Below are positions 47,042 to 58,077 of a stretch of 64,000 nt of DNA, piece by piece (positions within the stretch are counted from its first letter, which is position 1; each line of letters begins with the position of its first letter). Source of the stretch: a virus; IMG/VR virus record IMGVR_UViG_3300037395_000062, positions 1 to 64,000 of that record; one strand, written 5' to 3'. Under the pieces are notes generated by a model, which saw only the letters and a program-made list of their open reading frames with translations, had not been told where the DNA came from and made no database searches. Made by a program: the position numbers and the translations under genes.

Positions 47042-50000
47042 TCAATCAGCCGCCTCCTTCACGGGTAGCAAAGCCTCGTAAGCCTCGCGCCAGGACCGCA
47101 GGTCGACGACCCCGAACCGTTCCGTGACGCGGTTGCGTTCGGAGACGCCGTCGATGTCCCACGGCGTCATCGTGGTCCCGTCGATCGGATCCATCTCGAC
47201 GTCGAGCCCGGTACGGTAAAGGCACCGCAGCGCCTCCGCCGGTGCCGCGGCCCCCTGCGACCCGACGAGCGAACGCAGCACGACCCGGTCGATGCCGAGA
47301 CGTCCGAGGTCCAACGCCAACCGATCCGGATCCCGGATGTCCCACTCCTTGGCGTTCGCCGGAATCGGCGCGGTCAGCCGCAGCGCGAATCCACTCATGT
47401 CGGCCGCGAACACGGTCTCGCCGCCGTGCGCCAACGCGACGGCGCGCCCGGCCGGTCCAGGCAAGTCGTTGATCGTCAGCACCCGGCGCGCATCGGCGGC
47501 GGGGCGGCGTTCGTTCCAGGACAGCAGTTCGCGATGCAGGCCCGATATCGCCATCCCGCCCTGGGCAAGGCCGATCGCCAGGTCGGGATGCCAGTATGGA
47601 TCGGGATCCTTCCACCGTTCGGCGAACCGCGCGTTGTCCTTCCGCAGCCTGGCGAAGTCGGCCTGCGCGTTGGCCGGATCGGTGCGGCTGGTGCCCTCCG
47701 GGTGCAGCAGTTCCGCGGTCATCTCGACGACGTTGCGCAATCCGCGCCGGCGCAGGCGCAGGCAGAAATCGGTGTCGCCGTAGTTCATCGGGAAGGCCTC
47801 GGCATCAAACCCGCCGACCGCGTCGAATTTCACCCTGGATACCAACATGCAGGCGCCGGTCACGGCCTGCGCCTCGTGCGTCAGCGCGGCGAGCCATCCG
47901 TTGCCGGGATTGCCGTGCGCCATGCCCTTGAACAGGTGTCCGGCGATTCCCTGGTGGGCGACGACGCCGACGTGCTGGACGACGCCCGCCGGATGCACCA
48001 GCTTGGCGCCGACCGCACCCACATCGGGACGCACCGCATGGCCCATCATCGCATCCAGCCAATTCGCGGCACCGACGCACACGTCGTCGTTCAGGAACAG
48101 CAGGTAGCTTCCCAACGCATGGTTACGGACGACGTCGTTGCAGAGCCGCGACCAGTCGAATACGCCGTCCTGCGCCTCCCACCGTACAACCCTGACACGT
48201 GGATCGGCGAGTGCGTTTGAGCCAAGCTCCGGCTCGGACAGCGGACCGTTCTGCACCACGATGATCTCGTAGTTCGGATAGGCGGTATGCTGGCGCACGG
48301 TGTTGACGCAAGGCTGGATCAGCCTGCCTTTACCGAGCGTCGGCACGATGATCGAGACGAGAGGGTGATCTTCCGGAAACGCTCGATTCCGCACCACCGA
48401 CAGCGTGCCAGGCAGCGTCGGATTCGCGGTCACCGCGACGCCTGCCGCATAGAAGGATTCGATCGCCATCTGCCGTGCCAAGGTATACATCGCCACGTCC
48501 TCGGGCTCCGGTTCCCGCACCGTGGCGACGGTCTTCGGCAGGTGCCTGATAACCTGTTGCGGATGGCCGAAATGTTCAGCGGCATGCAGAAGGAAACCAT
48601 ACAAGTCTACCCTGCTGCTAACCTGAGTCAGGTATCGCGTACGCACGGCGCATACCGGCGTGACGTAGTCGCGTGCCAGGAACAATTCGAGGTCGAAGTC
48701 CGGCTTCAGATCCGGATATACGCCGCCTTTGCCATCGCCGATATCGTTGTCGGCATAGATGGCGCAAACAACATCGTCGGCGTCCGCGCACGCGGCGATA
48801 AGCGTCGCAAACCCGTTTTGTTTCCACGTCACTGAACCGTCCGTGAAGACTACCCAGTTCGAATCGACCGATTCGATGCCGACTCCGAACTCGCGCATCG
48901 AAACGAATTCCCATTCCGTGGATCGCGTCTTCGGTTCCGGCAGGTCTCCCTTCAGCATCGCCCACGAAGCGTAGTCGTGCCCGAATCCGGCAGTGCCAGG
49001 CTGCGGTCCGGCCCACTGCAACCGCAGGAACGCCAGTTCGATATCGGAGCGCTCGCGTTCGGTCAGCATCTCGCCGGCGATGCCGTTCTGTCCTAGGTAG
49101 CCGCGAAGGTGCATCCGCTGCACGCCACCCTGGGTCGGCGGCATCGACGGCACCACCGAGGCCGCGTACGCATCGGCCGCCTGCATGTTGCGGAATCCGC
49201 GTGCCGCGGCCCGCAGGCCCCACTCCATGATGGACTGTTCCTCGTTGCCGCCGCAGCCGTCAACGTCCGGCCAGCCGATCGCGGCTAGCGCGCGCGCCGA
49301 CAGCAAGCTACACGGACCCAACGGGGTGCCGACGATGAGCCTGCGGCCCGGCATATCCGCGCGCACGGCTGCCGCCATCGCCGCCGCGGTATCGGCCGAT
49401 ATCTGCGTCCAGGTATCGAGTCGCGGGAAGGCGTTCGGTCCGTCGCTGGCGAGCGGGATCGCCGACGCCACGTCGTCGGTTTGCGAAATCGCCGATCGCA
49501 TCGACCGCCAACTGTCGTCGTCGAGCGCGGTGCCTGGACGCAGCCATAACACGTCGGCACCCGTTGGCGCCGCGCGACGGCAGGCCTCGATCAGCGACGA
49601 CTTGCGGGGCGCATTGCGTACGCAGCGTGGCATGTCGCCCGCATCCAGCGGAAGCGATACGACCACGTCCTCTTCGCGCTTTCCGGCCCTGCCCACCTTC
49701 CACCGGATATCCGTCGCGCGGTTTCCCGGCAGCCAAGCATCGAGCCGCGCGTCGATTCGCTTCTCGAGCGTGTGGTTCTTGCGCACCCAGGCGAGCAGCG
49801 CATCCGCGTTGACCTGCCGTTCGATCGACGGTGCGGCCATGAACGCCCGTATGGCCGCGATCCAATCCTGCGCGGTCTCGGCGTAGGCGAACACCGGCGG
49901 ATCGCCGTCGGTATAGGACGTCGCGCGCTGGGCGATAACGCAAGCGCCGACCATGCCCCCCTCGATCAGCCGCAGGTTCGACTTGCATTCGTTGAACCGG

Positions 50001-50725
50001 TTGGACTCCAGCGGCGCCAGCACCAGGTCGAGATCGAGTTGCAGCATCTTCAACTGGTACTCGTGCGCCGGCACGCCGGGATGGAATTCGGTGCGAACCG
50101 GTGGGTTCTTTGGTTGGGTCCCGAAGAACACCCACTCGACATCCTCGCCAATCGCCTCCATCGCAGGGCGGATCAACTCGAGATCGCCGTCGTGGGATAT
50201 GCCGCCCACGAAGCCAATGCGTAGCCGTCCTTCGGAGCGCATGACGCGCGGCCGCAGCGCCATCGCGGGAATCGCGTTCGCCACCGTCCGCACGTCGACG
50301 CAACCCAACTCGTCGCGGAACCACGCAGCCAACGGTTCGGTGGACGTCGTCACCCGGTCGCACAGTTTCGCCGCCCTGGCGATTCTGGCGGGTATTCCCG
50401 GTGGCATGAAACCGCGATGAAAACTCGCTTCGGGGATCTCGCCCAGGAAGTCGTCGAGTTCGTAGACCAGCAGCGCGTCCGGCAGCGCCTCGCGGATCGC
50501 GGTCATAGCGGCGACGTGGTTGTCCTCCATGTAGCGCTGGAACACGACGACGTCGGGTGCCGCCGCCACGATCATCTCCAACGGCCACATCGCGATGTCG
50601 AGCCTGCCCTCCGCATGCCCGCCGACGACCATCGACATCAGCGGTACGGCCATGCGGTGATATCCGCAGCCCTGCCGATCGCCTGCGAATCCAAGCACGA
50701 AAGGCGGTCTTACTCTCTCCGTCAC
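47042..50725 (-). CDS. Multi-domain glycosyltransferase (N-terminal GT-B-like plus GT2 domains)
   Basis: GCGYHR, YELDD, IGFVGG.SH.GDL, APL..NRFNECKSNL; YADND..LKPDF; VSIIVPT, LFLNDD, AVTGAC, GGFD..Y.DTDFCLR. Confidence 0.9.
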   Translation of the reverse strand: MTERVRPPFVLGFAGDRQGCGYHRMAVPLMSMVVGGHAEGRLDIAMWPLEMIVAAAPDVVVFQRYMEDNHVAAMTAIREALPDALLVYELDDFLGEIPEASFHRGFMPPGIPARIARAAKLCDRVTTSTEPLAAWFRDELGCVDVRTVANAIPAMALRPRVMRSEGRLRIGFVGGISHDGDLELIRPAMEAIGEDVEWVFFGTQPKNPPVRTEFHPGVPAHEYQLKMLQLDLDLVLAPLESNRFNECKSNLRLIEGGMVGACVIAQRATSYTDGDPPVFAYAETAQDWIAAIRAFMAAPSIERQVNADALLAWVRKNHTLEKRIDARLDAWLPGNRATDIRWKVGRAGKREEDVVVSLPLDAGDMPRCVRNAPRKSSLIEACRRAAPTGADVLWLRPGTALDDDSWRSMRSAISQTDDVASAIPLASDGPNAFPRLDTWTQISADTAAAMAAAVRADMPGRRLIVGTPLGPCSLLSARALAAIGWPDVDGCGGNEEQSIMEWGLRAAARGFRNMQAADAYAASVVPSMPPTQGGVQRMHLRGYLGQNGIAGEMLTERERSDIELAFLRLQWAGPQPGTAGFGHDYASWAMLKGDLPEPKTRSTEWEFVSMREFGVGIESVDSNWVVFTDGSVTWKQNGFATLIAACADADDVVCAIYADNDIGDGKGGVYPDLKPDFDLELFLARDYVTPVCAVRTRYLTQVSSRVDLYGFLLHAAEHFGHPQQVIRHLPKTVATVREPEPEDVAMYTLARQMAIESFYAAGVAVTANPTLPGTLSVVRNRAFPEDHPLVSIIVPTLGKGRLIQPCVNTVRQHTAYPNYEIIVVQNGPLSEPELGSNALADPRVRVVRWEAQDGVFDWSRLCNDVVRNHALGSYLLFLNDDVCVGAANWLDAMMGHAVRPDVGAVGAKLVHPAGVVQHVGVVAHQGIAGHLFKGMAHGNPGNGWLAALTHEAQAVTGACMLVSRVKFDAVGGFDAEAFPMNYGDTDFCLRLRRRGLRNVVEMTAELLHPEGTSRTDPANAQADFARLRKDNARFAERWKDPDPYWHPDLAIGLAQGGMAISGLHRELLSWNERRPAADARRVLTINDLPGPAGRAVALAHGGETVFAADMSGFALRLTAPIPANAKEWDIRDPDRLALDLGRLGIDRVVLRSLVGSQGAAAPAEALRCLYRTGLDVEMDPIDGTTMTPWDIDGVSERNRVTERFGVVDLRSWREAYEALLPVKEAAD

Positions 50726-51066
50726 GCGAATTTCTCCCTGTACTTGACACCGAACTCCGCGACCGTATCGCGCACGACATCACCGAACATATCGCGCGGG
50801 ATGCCGGAATCCTTCTGGTAGCGCCACGTATCGTCGGTGACCTTGGCGGACGCCGACACCTGCGACAATGCGAATCCACCTTCAACCGCCACCCATGCGA
50901 AGTTCGGCCGTTGCGCCTTCGTCGCCGGGTCGTAGGCCCGGTCACACCGCGCGCAGAACAGTTGCGGCGAGCGCCTGTATTCGATCGGCTTTCGGCCGCA
51001 GCAGCGGCCATCCGCGTCAAGCGTATGCGGCGGGTGCACCGCGAGAAGGGTCGCCTGGTCGATCAA
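50722..51066 (-). CDS. Hypothetical Zn-ribbon protein
   Basis: CCGRKP..FCARCDR. Confidence 0.5.
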   Translation of the reverse strand: MIDQATLLAVHPPHTLDADGRCCGRKPIEYRRSPQLFCARCDRAYDPATKAQRPNFAWVAVEGGFALSQVSASAKVTDDTWRYQKDSGIPRDMFGDVVRDTVAEFGVKYREKFA

Positions 51067-51551
51067 CCGGACGGTTCCATCCGCTTCAACCCGATCCTCG
51101 CCAGTTCATCGTCGGAGACGAAGGCGAGCATGTTCGCCGCGAACTGCCGCGCCATCTCCGGCTGCATGGTGCGGAACGACCAGTCGATCGGCAGCAGCAG
51201 CAGATAGGCGTCCGGGTTCGCGGCGGATATCCTGTCCCGCAACGTCTTCACCGCCCGCATGTAATCCAGCGCCTCCGCCATGTCAGGCGGCTTCACCACC
51301 ACAAAGGCGAGCCCACCGGCCGGGATCGAGGACACCTCCGTTATCGCTCCGGCCAGCGGATCGCCGATCGACAGCCGGCCCGCGCCTGCGATCACGGTGC
51401 CGCCCGTCACGCCATGCCCGATCAGGACTTCCGACATGCGTTCGACCGTTTCCGCGACGGATATGAACCAGGGTTCGCCCTGCAGTTTCCGCATCTCCGG
51501 ATCGAACTGCTCGATCGCGTCCTTGTCTCCGTCACCGTCGAAACAGGTCAT
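51063..51551 (-). CDS. Hypothetical protein
   Basis: Coupled to the portal gene. Confidence 0.5.
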   Translation of the reverse strand: MTCFDGDGDKDAIEQFDPEMRKLQGEPWFISVAETVERMSEVLIGHGVTGGTVIAGAGRLSIGDPLAGAITEVSSIPAGGLAFVVVKPPDMAEALDYMRAVKTLRDRISAANPDAYLLLLPIDWSFRTMQPEMARQFAANMLAFVSDDELARIGLKRMEPSG

Positions 51552-53290
51552 ACCGAAGCCTCCGCGCTCGCGGCCTCGGACGCCGAATCACGGCGAACGC
51601 CAGAACGATGCCCGTGCGCCTGGGATTCCGCGGGGTCGGTCTTGCTCGGAAACGGCGCGCCAACCTTATCCGTATCCTTCGCCGAACCGCCTTCCGTCCC
51701 GCCGGTCTCGGCCGCGTGCATGAGTTCGAGCTGTTTCGTCGCCAGGGTTTGATACACGCCAGCCTTCGCTGGATCCTCCGGACACAACTCCATCAACTCC
51801 ATAAGAGTCTTGTACTTCTTCGAAACGCCCTTGGTCAGCGCCGGTTGGTCCACCGCCGTGCGGCTTTCGCGCCACGTGCGCGCAAGCTTGCGCGCCTCGT
51901 ACTCGCGCGCGTCCTGCTTCGGCGAAGCGCCGTTGAACCACAGCCGCAGTCGAGGCCAGTTCGGTGCGATCAAATAGTCGTTCATCCGGCTGGCGACGAA
52001 GCCGAGCAGCGGCGGCAGTCCAGGATCGTCGACCCCTGCGGTCTCTGTCGATTCGTTCGGAAGCGGGGCGTTGTCCTTGTGGTTGCCCGAGACGAACAGC
52101 CCGAGCCGGCGGGCGGGGAACTGGCTGATCGCCATGTACAGCCCGCCCATCAGATTCATGTGGTCCTTGTAGCGGAGGTCCTGCCCCTTCATATCCATGA
52201 AGTCGAGCACGTCGACGTCCCCTTTTTCAGGAACGGACATCACGGGCAGACCCCATACCTTCGACTGCCCGCGCTTCATGTTGGTCCACTCGCGCATCAG
52301 CGCATCGATCTGGGTCTGGTTCCAGAAGTCGCCCTTCAGCAGCAGCATGCCGTTCGGAATCGAGTTCCTGGTAAACGAATCTGCATTGAGATCGATCCCG
52401 CTCTGGAACGCCTGGATCATCCGCACGCCGATCTCCAGTTCGGTGAACCCGTAACCCCATGCGGACGGATCAGTGCGTGGATTGCGGATGGCGAAGAACA
52501 GCTCGTCGCGGGTGAACGGCCGCACGGGGTTTCCCGTGTCGTCCACCATGGCGCAGAAGTACCGCGGGTCGTTGGCATAGCCCTTGCCTGGGATCGCGAG
52601 CCGAATGTTGCCCGCCGGCAGGTTGGCGAACGCCTTCACGTTGCCCAACCTAGTCATATCGGTCCAGACGGCCCAGCCGTCGTACGTGAAGGTATCGTCG
52701 ACGAAGGTGCGCAGGAAGATGTCGAGGGGGTGCAGGTTGTGTGCGTCGCGTTCGCGGGCGTCGGAATAGCTGGATTCGCGGTTGCAGTTCCAGACGAAGC
52801 GCTGCGCGTCGCGGATGTCCTTCCTGTCCTGCTCGGTCGGTGTCTCGTCGCGGTCGCGCAGGCCGATCTCCCAGCCGGGCTCCCAGATCTGGTTCGACAG
52901 GCCAGAGTAGCGCGCGAGGTCGGCGACCCGGGAGCGGATGACGAGTTGGGGGACGATGTTCTCGCGCCGGATCTTCTGCAGGCTCTCGGGTGCGATCCCC
53001 GGCCACGGCAGCAGCCCCGCGTTGGCGGGATCCGGCATGAAACTCATGGTGGCGTACGAATAGGCCTGCGGCGGCACGCCGAGCGACTTCACCACCTCGG
53101 TGAGCGCGCCTTCCATATGCCGTGCCACGTCGCCGATGCTCGCGTGCAGGGCGTCGAGATAGGTCCTGGTGTTCAGCACGTGCACCGCGTATTCGGGGTT
53201 CGGCGTCGGCAACCTGGCGCCTTCGATATGGTCCGGCAGCAATGCGTTGATGTCGAACGGCCCGGACGGTGGTGCGGTGAGGGTCAGCAT
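51548..53290 (-). CDS. Portal protein
   Basis: RNPRTD..GYGF.ELE, N...F...SIP.G.L, DM...D motifs; position (track start 53332). Confidence 0.88.
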   Translation of the reverse strand: MLTLTAPPSGPFDINALLPDHIEGARLPTPNPEYAVHVLNTRTYLDALHASIGDVARHMEGALTEVVKSLGVPPQAYSYATMSFMPDPANAGLLPWPGIAPESLQKIRRENIVPQLVIRSRVADLARYSGLSNQIWEPGWEIGLRDRDETPTEQDRKDIRDAQRFVWNCNRESSYSDARERDAHNLHPLDIFLRTFVDDTFTYDGWAVWTDMTRLGNVKAFANLPAGNIRLAIPGKGYANDPRYFCAMVDDTGNPVRPFTRDELFFAIRNPRTDPSAWGYGFTELEIGVRMIQAFQSGIDLNADSFTRNSIPNGMLLLKGDFWNQTQIDALMREWTNMKRGQSKVWGLPVMSVPEKGDVDVLDFMDMKGQDLRYKDHMNLMGGLYMAISQFPARRLGLFVSGNHKDNAPLPNESTETAGVDDPGLPPLLGFVASRMNDYLIAPNWPRLRLWFNGASPKQDAREYEARKLARTWRESRTAVDQPALTKGVSKKYKTLMELMELCPEDPAKAGVYQTLATKQLELMHAAETGGTEGGSAKDTDKVGAPFPSKTDPAESQAHGHRSGVRRDSASEAASAEASV

Positions 53291-53631
53291 GGCGCTACCA
53301 TCGCTAGAGCGACCATTGTAGATACAATCCAACGGCTAGAAAAATGGCGAATATAACTACGCCAACCGTAAGACCACCTAAGATTCCCCGAAGGAAGTTT
53401 CCATTGCCCGCATGGTGTTTGCGCCGTGGAACCATCAGCATCCGATCATGTCCTCCAGCCTGCCGTAGCGTTTCTCGACCTCTGCGACGAAGCGTTCGGC
53501 ATCGGAGAAGGCGGCCTTTACCTGATCGTCGCTCCGCGATTCCGCGTTAGCGAACAGCAGCGCGGCCATGGCAACAACCGCGATATCCCGCGGTTTAGGT
53601 TCAGGCATCAGAGTTGCCTCTGTTTGCGGTA

Positions 53632-53886
53632 TCAGCGCTGGTTGTTCCAGCTTTTGACGTCCGCCTCCATGGCAACCCGCAGACCCTGCTTGGTCAACGA
53701 TTGCCATCCGTTCGTACGGAAGGCCAATCCCTTGTCGACCAATTCGTCGCGTCCAGACTTCGCTATCAGGTTGCCGTCCCAGACTGGCCCCGTGACGAAG
53801 AACTGCATCATCACTTCCTTGGCCGCACCCGACAACCCATCGAACACAGCCTGGATCGAATGCAACAGTATCGCGGTTGGAATCAC
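53632..53886 (-). CDS. Hypothetical phage protein
   Basis: GPVWDGNLIAKSGRDELV..GLA pattern; overlapped by ORF 53435-54124. Confidence 0.45.
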   Translation of the reverse strand: MIPTAILLHSIQAVFDGLSGAAKEVMMQFFVTGPVWDGNLIAKSGRDELVDKGLAFRTNGWQSLTKQGLRVAMEADVKSWNNQR

Positions 53887-54116
53887 GGCACGTACCGTTT
53901 CGTGCCTCCATTAAGTTTGAGAGCCAGTCACCCTCGAACCATGTTGTTGCGCCATCCTTACGTCGCTTTATGTCAATCTGGCTGCGAGGATGAAGCTCAC
54001 CCAGCAAGTCCCTGCCGTCAACATGCGAAAATGTCTGCGTAACCATCTCGTCAAATCGACGCGCTTTTTCTTCCTGGGATAGCTCCAGGAACGATTCGGC
54101 GCTCAGTTTCTGGATG

Positions 54117-55250
54117 TCATACACAAACCGTCTCCTTGACGAAATACGCCTTGCCCTGCGCGGTCAGTTCGATCCGGCCGCCCAGCGCGTCGTCGACCGC
54201 CTTGCGCACCCCCGCGGTAGCGTCGTAGTCGTCGAACAGCATGGTTCCGCCCTCGACGAGAAGCGGCATGAAGCGCTCGATCACCGCCGCCGCGCAGCGA
54301 TACTGGTCGCAGTCGACATGCACGAAGGCGACCGGCCCGAAGGATTCCGGCATCGTCGCAGGGAACACCCCGGCATGGTATTCCGCATCCGGCACTGCCG
54401 TGCGGACGGCGTCGAGCGAGACATCGGCGAAATCGCCGATACCGTGAACGTCATCCTCGACATCACGCTCCGGAATACCCTCGAACGTATCGAACAGGTG
54501 CAGCCTGCAGCCGCGCGTCTTCGCCAACCTGGACAAATGCCAGGCCGTGCCGCCCTTGTAGACACCCACCTCGACGAAGTCACCTTTCGGCGCGGACTTC
54601 GCAAGCCGCAGCAGCGTAGCGAGGGTGTCCGCGCCGAGCAGCGTCGGCGGCGCCACATCCAATGGCGTCATCACCGCATACCCCTCGTGCCGGTAGTCGA
54701 AACTCACGGCATGCGTGGCGCCCAGGATATCGGCGAAGAACCCGGCGTCGCGCCGGCGCGGCAGCAGATGCCGGATCCCGGCCGGGGCGTTGCCGTGCCC
54801 GAAGGCGCCGTCGAGCCAAATGCGCAGGTCGTCGGCGATCACTACATCGCGACAGCCGCGCAGCCCGGAGAGGATCGAAAGTTCGCGGCTCAACGGCAGG
54901 CGCCGCGCCGGATCGGTCTCCGCGCCGTAGCCCTTCAACCCGTAGTCGGCACCGGGGAAGTGCGCGTCGAGCCAGAACAGGATCGGCTCCTCCCGCGGGA
55001 TCAGGTCGCAGACCACCGAGAGGAACGTCTCGCTGTCCACGCGATGCACGGTTATCCTGGAATCCGATTCGAACGCCTTCGACGCGGCATCGGCCAGCGA
55101 CGGCTCCACCTCGCAGGAGCACAGCGTGCGGAACATGAACCGCGCGGCATGGGCAAGCGACTCGCCGCGACCGGTGCCGGTCTCGACAAAGTGCAGCAGA
55201 CCGTACTTCGCGATCAGCGCGCCGAGGTCGAATTGGGTCAGGCTACCCAC
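54117..55250 (-). CDS. Two-domain SAM methyltransferase with a C-terminal TylF/MycF-type sugar O-methyltransferase
   Basis: FVETGT..WLDAH; GDFVEVGVYKGGT, LFDTFEG, FVHVDCDQY, GG...FDDY. Confidence 0.85.
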   Translation of the reverse strand: MGSLTQFDLGALIAKYGLLHFVETGTGRGESLAHAARFMFRTLCSCEVEPSLADAASKAFESDSRITVHRVDSETFLSVVCDLIPREEPILFWLDAHFPGADYGLKGYGAETDPARRLPLSRELSILSGLRGCRDVVIADDLRIWLDGAFGHGNAPAGIRHLLPRRRDAGFFADILGATHAVSFDYRHEGYAVMTPLDVAPPTLLGADTLATLLRLAKSAPKGDFVEVGVYKGGTAWHLSRLAKTRGCRLHLFDTFEGIPERDVEDDVHGIGDFADVSLDAVRTAVPDAEYHAGVFPATMPESFGPVAFVHVDCDQYRCAAAVIERFMPLLVEGGTMLFDDYDATAGVRKAVDDALGGRIELTAQGKAYFVKETVCV

Positions 55251-55896
55251 CTATACGGCCCCAAAACGCGTCCAGATGCACCGCAAGCAGTTCCCGGATC
55301 GTTTCCTCGGGAAGTGCTGCAATCACGTCCATCCAGGACTTGCAGTCCTTCCAGTTCTCATTGACGCCAAGGTCGACGATTTTCGCTTTTCGCATCGCAA
55401 CATACGCCGCCGAAAAATCGCCGTCCGGATCAGACGACCTGTCGATAGCCTTGAAAAGCTTGGCTTGACTAGCCGGAAGATACGCCATAGTACGCCCAAA
55501 CAGCGGCGTCGCCGCACGTGTCTCCGGGCAATCCCCCCATTGCGCGGAGACGACGTACTCGACAACCGACAAGCATGGCGACGCCAAGTCACGCGGCATC
55601 GAATGCAAGTTGATGTCAAGGTCGAGCAGCGGTAACGTACCGTCCTCTGCGGGCGGCGGGATATCCGGAGATTCGACGATAACCTCGAAATACGGTGCGT
55701 CATGCATGTCGCACGGAATCGACGAAGGTGCCTGAAAACCGATGATGCGAGTCATGCGAGGCAGCGCAGTCAACCCCTGCTCGAACAGCGTTCGCATCAC
55801 CCGAATGCGGCCGCGTCGACGGTCCGCGACGAGCCCATATCGCTCCTCGTCCTGGATACGTTGACGTTCGCTCCATCCAGTCATGTCGGTCGGCAT
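55243..55896 (-). CDS. Hypothetical protein
   Basis: ORF in the operon. Confidence 0.45.
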   Translation of the reverse strand: MPTDMTGWSERQRIQDEERYGLVADRRRGRIRVMRTLFEQGLTALPRMTRIIGFQAPSSIPCDMHDAPYFEVIVESPDIPPPAEDGTLPLLDLDINLHSMPRDLASPCLSVVEYVVSAQWGDCPETRAATPLFGRTMAYLPASQAKLFKAIDRSSDPDGDFSAAYVAMRKAKIVDLGVNENWKDCKSWMDVIAALPEETIRELLAVHLDAFWGRIGG

Positions 55897-56148
55897 CGCG
55901 GCTACACCCCTTGTTCAGGTTATCGCTGAAGGACAGGCTTCGCGCAACTCTCGTCGCCGCTCGTCTTCGACAAGCATGTCCTCACGCATGAGCCGTTCGG
56001 CCTTCGCCGCGTCGGCCTCGGACGGCGTACCCGTCAGCCACCGCCGCATCGCTTCCAGCCACGCCATCGCCGTACGCCTCCTCCGTGCTCACGCGGACGC
56101 TAGCAATGCCGTAAATTCCATGCAAGCCTAGAATATTCACGGTACGCG

Positions 56149-58077
56149 TCAGTTCGTCCCGACGGACGCTCCCCAGCGGGTCCAATCGGCGCAGCCGTCC
56201 ATCGCCGATACGATCCTGCCGTGTTTCTCGCAACGTTCGGCATTGTCCCTGACCGCGTAGCTGCCGCAAGGTGCCCCGCACATGCCCTCGAACGGCGAGA
56301 CGACCATCCCGGGGTTCGTCACCTGCTCGGCGATCCCGCGGAACGCATCCATCGTCGCCTGGTTCGGGTTCTCCTGTCCGAACGGCACGGCCGGCGCCAA
56401 GTGCTCCGTGCCGGACACGCCGGGGACGTAAGCCACCTGCCGCGAACGGACGATCGCACGGGTCACCAGATGCACCAGCGTGTCGAACTCGTCGGCCGCG
56501 CGCGAGCCGCCGGTGAACGCGGTCACCCGTTCCATGAACCCGACCTGGGTATCGCCGTGCGGACCGTGAAGCCACGGAGCGCCCTGCGGCACGAGTATCC
56601 GGCCCATGCGCGCCCAGCCCTGCACGCTGGCGGCCCCGCCGGGAATCGGAAGACCGCCGCCCTTCTGCACCATCACGGGATTGACCGCGCGCTCGAGCTT
56701 GCCCTGCTCCACCTTCTGCCCGACGATCGGGATCTGCGTGCCGCGGAAGGTCTGCAGCAGGCTGACACCCGATTGCTTCTCCTCGACGATGACCCGCCGC
56801 GGATGCCACACGCCATGCCGGGTCCGCAGCGCCATGGCCAGGCCGCGGAAGTCGAGGTCCCGGACCATCAGATCGAGCAGCCATACGTCGTAGTGGAAGT
56901 CGCACTCGCCCACCAGATCGGAATCCTCGCCGCGGTGCCACGACCGGCACGGCACCATCAGCCCGGTCAGCGCGGCGGTCAGGCTGGTGGACTGCGGCTG
57001 CCCGAGCGCCGTATCCCACGCCTCCTCGATCTCGGCGTTCGGAAACGACGCGACCCAGGAACGGATCGCCGGTGACTGGATGCCATCGGACATGTCGGCG
57101 GGCGGGGCGTAGACCCTGAAGTCGCCCTCGTTAAACACGCCTTCCCCGCCGCCGGTCATGTCGCCGTCGTAGTTGACCGCCGCGACGCGAGGCTGCCGGC
57201 GCTTGATCGTCAGGTACTCGCGGCGCTTGGACGGGCTGCCGGGCCAGTAGAACCCGGCGCCGGTCGTATCGATCGCCGCGTAGTAGGCGCGGTACCTGAC
57301 GTAAGGCGAGCGCGGATCCTGCACCGGATCCGGCTCCAGTGTCTCGGTGTAGACGCATTCAAGGCCGTGCGGCACCAGCACGTCGTACCAGAGCCGCCGC
57401 TGTCCAGGACGGGTCGCCGGCAGTTCCAGCACCACCCAGTCGCCGTTTTTCTTCCATTCCTGGTATAGATCGTCCTCCGCCCACCAGCGGCCGGCCGCGA
57501 TGGTGCGGCAGCCACGCGGGTCCGCGCGTCCCATGATGGTGTCGTAGTAGGTCTGCTTGACCTGTGCCCTGCTTTCCGGGGTCGAGGCGTTCTCGCGGTC
57601 GTGCAGATCGTCGAGGATGCGCAGGCGGCAGTGCAGCCCGGTCAACGCCTTGCTGGACACGCCCACGGCCTTGTACGACGCGTCGGGATCGGACGGCGCG
57701 TGCCCGGTGACGAACAGCCCGCGCTGGATGCTCCACCCCTGGTCGGGATCGGGACGCACTGCCGGAAACAGCTCGTGGAAACCCTTGTCGTGCTGCACGA
57801 TCTGCATGACGGTGGACATGAAGCCCTGCGGTAGCGCCTCGCCAGCGGAGATCGCCAACGTGGTCAGCGTCGGGTCGTGACCAAGTTCCCAACTTGCGTA
57901 GACCGTGCTCAGCAGGGTCGACTTGCCCGTGCCAGGCCCGGCAAGATACAGCAGGTTCTCGATCCTGCCGTCCTCCAGCCCAGCTACCAGAGGGTAGTGG
58001 TGCGGTGCCAAGCTAAAGCCGCGCGCCTTGAACAGCATCGAATAGTAGGCGGCCAGGCCGATCCTGCGTTCAGACAT
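56149..58077 (-). CDS. terL: Terminase large subunit
   Basis: GPGTGKST Walker A, ILDD Walker B, RW..DDL, WDTA, VEEKQSG, DEFD. Confidence 0.92.
   Translation of the reverse strand: MSERRIGLAAYYSMLFKARGFSLAPHHYPLVAGLEDGRIENLLYLAGPGTGKSTLLSTVYASWELGHDPTLTTLAISAGEALPQGFMSTVMQIVQHDKGFHELFPAVRPDPDQGWSIQRGLFVTGHAPSDPDASYKAVGVSSKALTGLHCRLRILDDLHDRENASTPESRAQVKQTYYDTIMGRADPRGCRTIAAGRWWAEDDLYQEWKKNGDWVVLELPATRPGQRRLWYDVLVPHGLECVYTETLEPDPVQDPRSPYVRYRAYYAAIDTTGAGFYWPGSPSKRREYLTIKRRQPRVAAVNYDGDMTGGGEGVFNEGDFRVYAPPADMSDGIQSPAIRSWVASFPNAEIEEAWDTALGQPQSTSLTAALTGLMVPCRSWHRGEDSDLVGECDFHYDVWLLDLMVRDLDFRGLAMALRTRHGVWHPRRVIVEEKQSGVSLLQTFRGTQIPIVGQKVEQGKLERAVNPVMVQKGGGLPIPGGAASVQGWARMGRILVPQGAPWLHGPHGDTQVGFMERVTAFTGGSRAADEFDTLVHLVTRAIVRSRQVAYVPGVSGTEHLAPAVPFGQENPNQATMDAFRGIAEQVTNPGMVVSPFEGMCGAPCGSYAVRDNAERCEKHGRIVSAMDGCADWTRWGASVGTN

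Noticed and set aside
53435-54124. Single 229-aa protein
   Set aside because: It appears to be a run-through of two small genes, overlapping a more plausible ORF (53632-53886) in another frame; left uncalled
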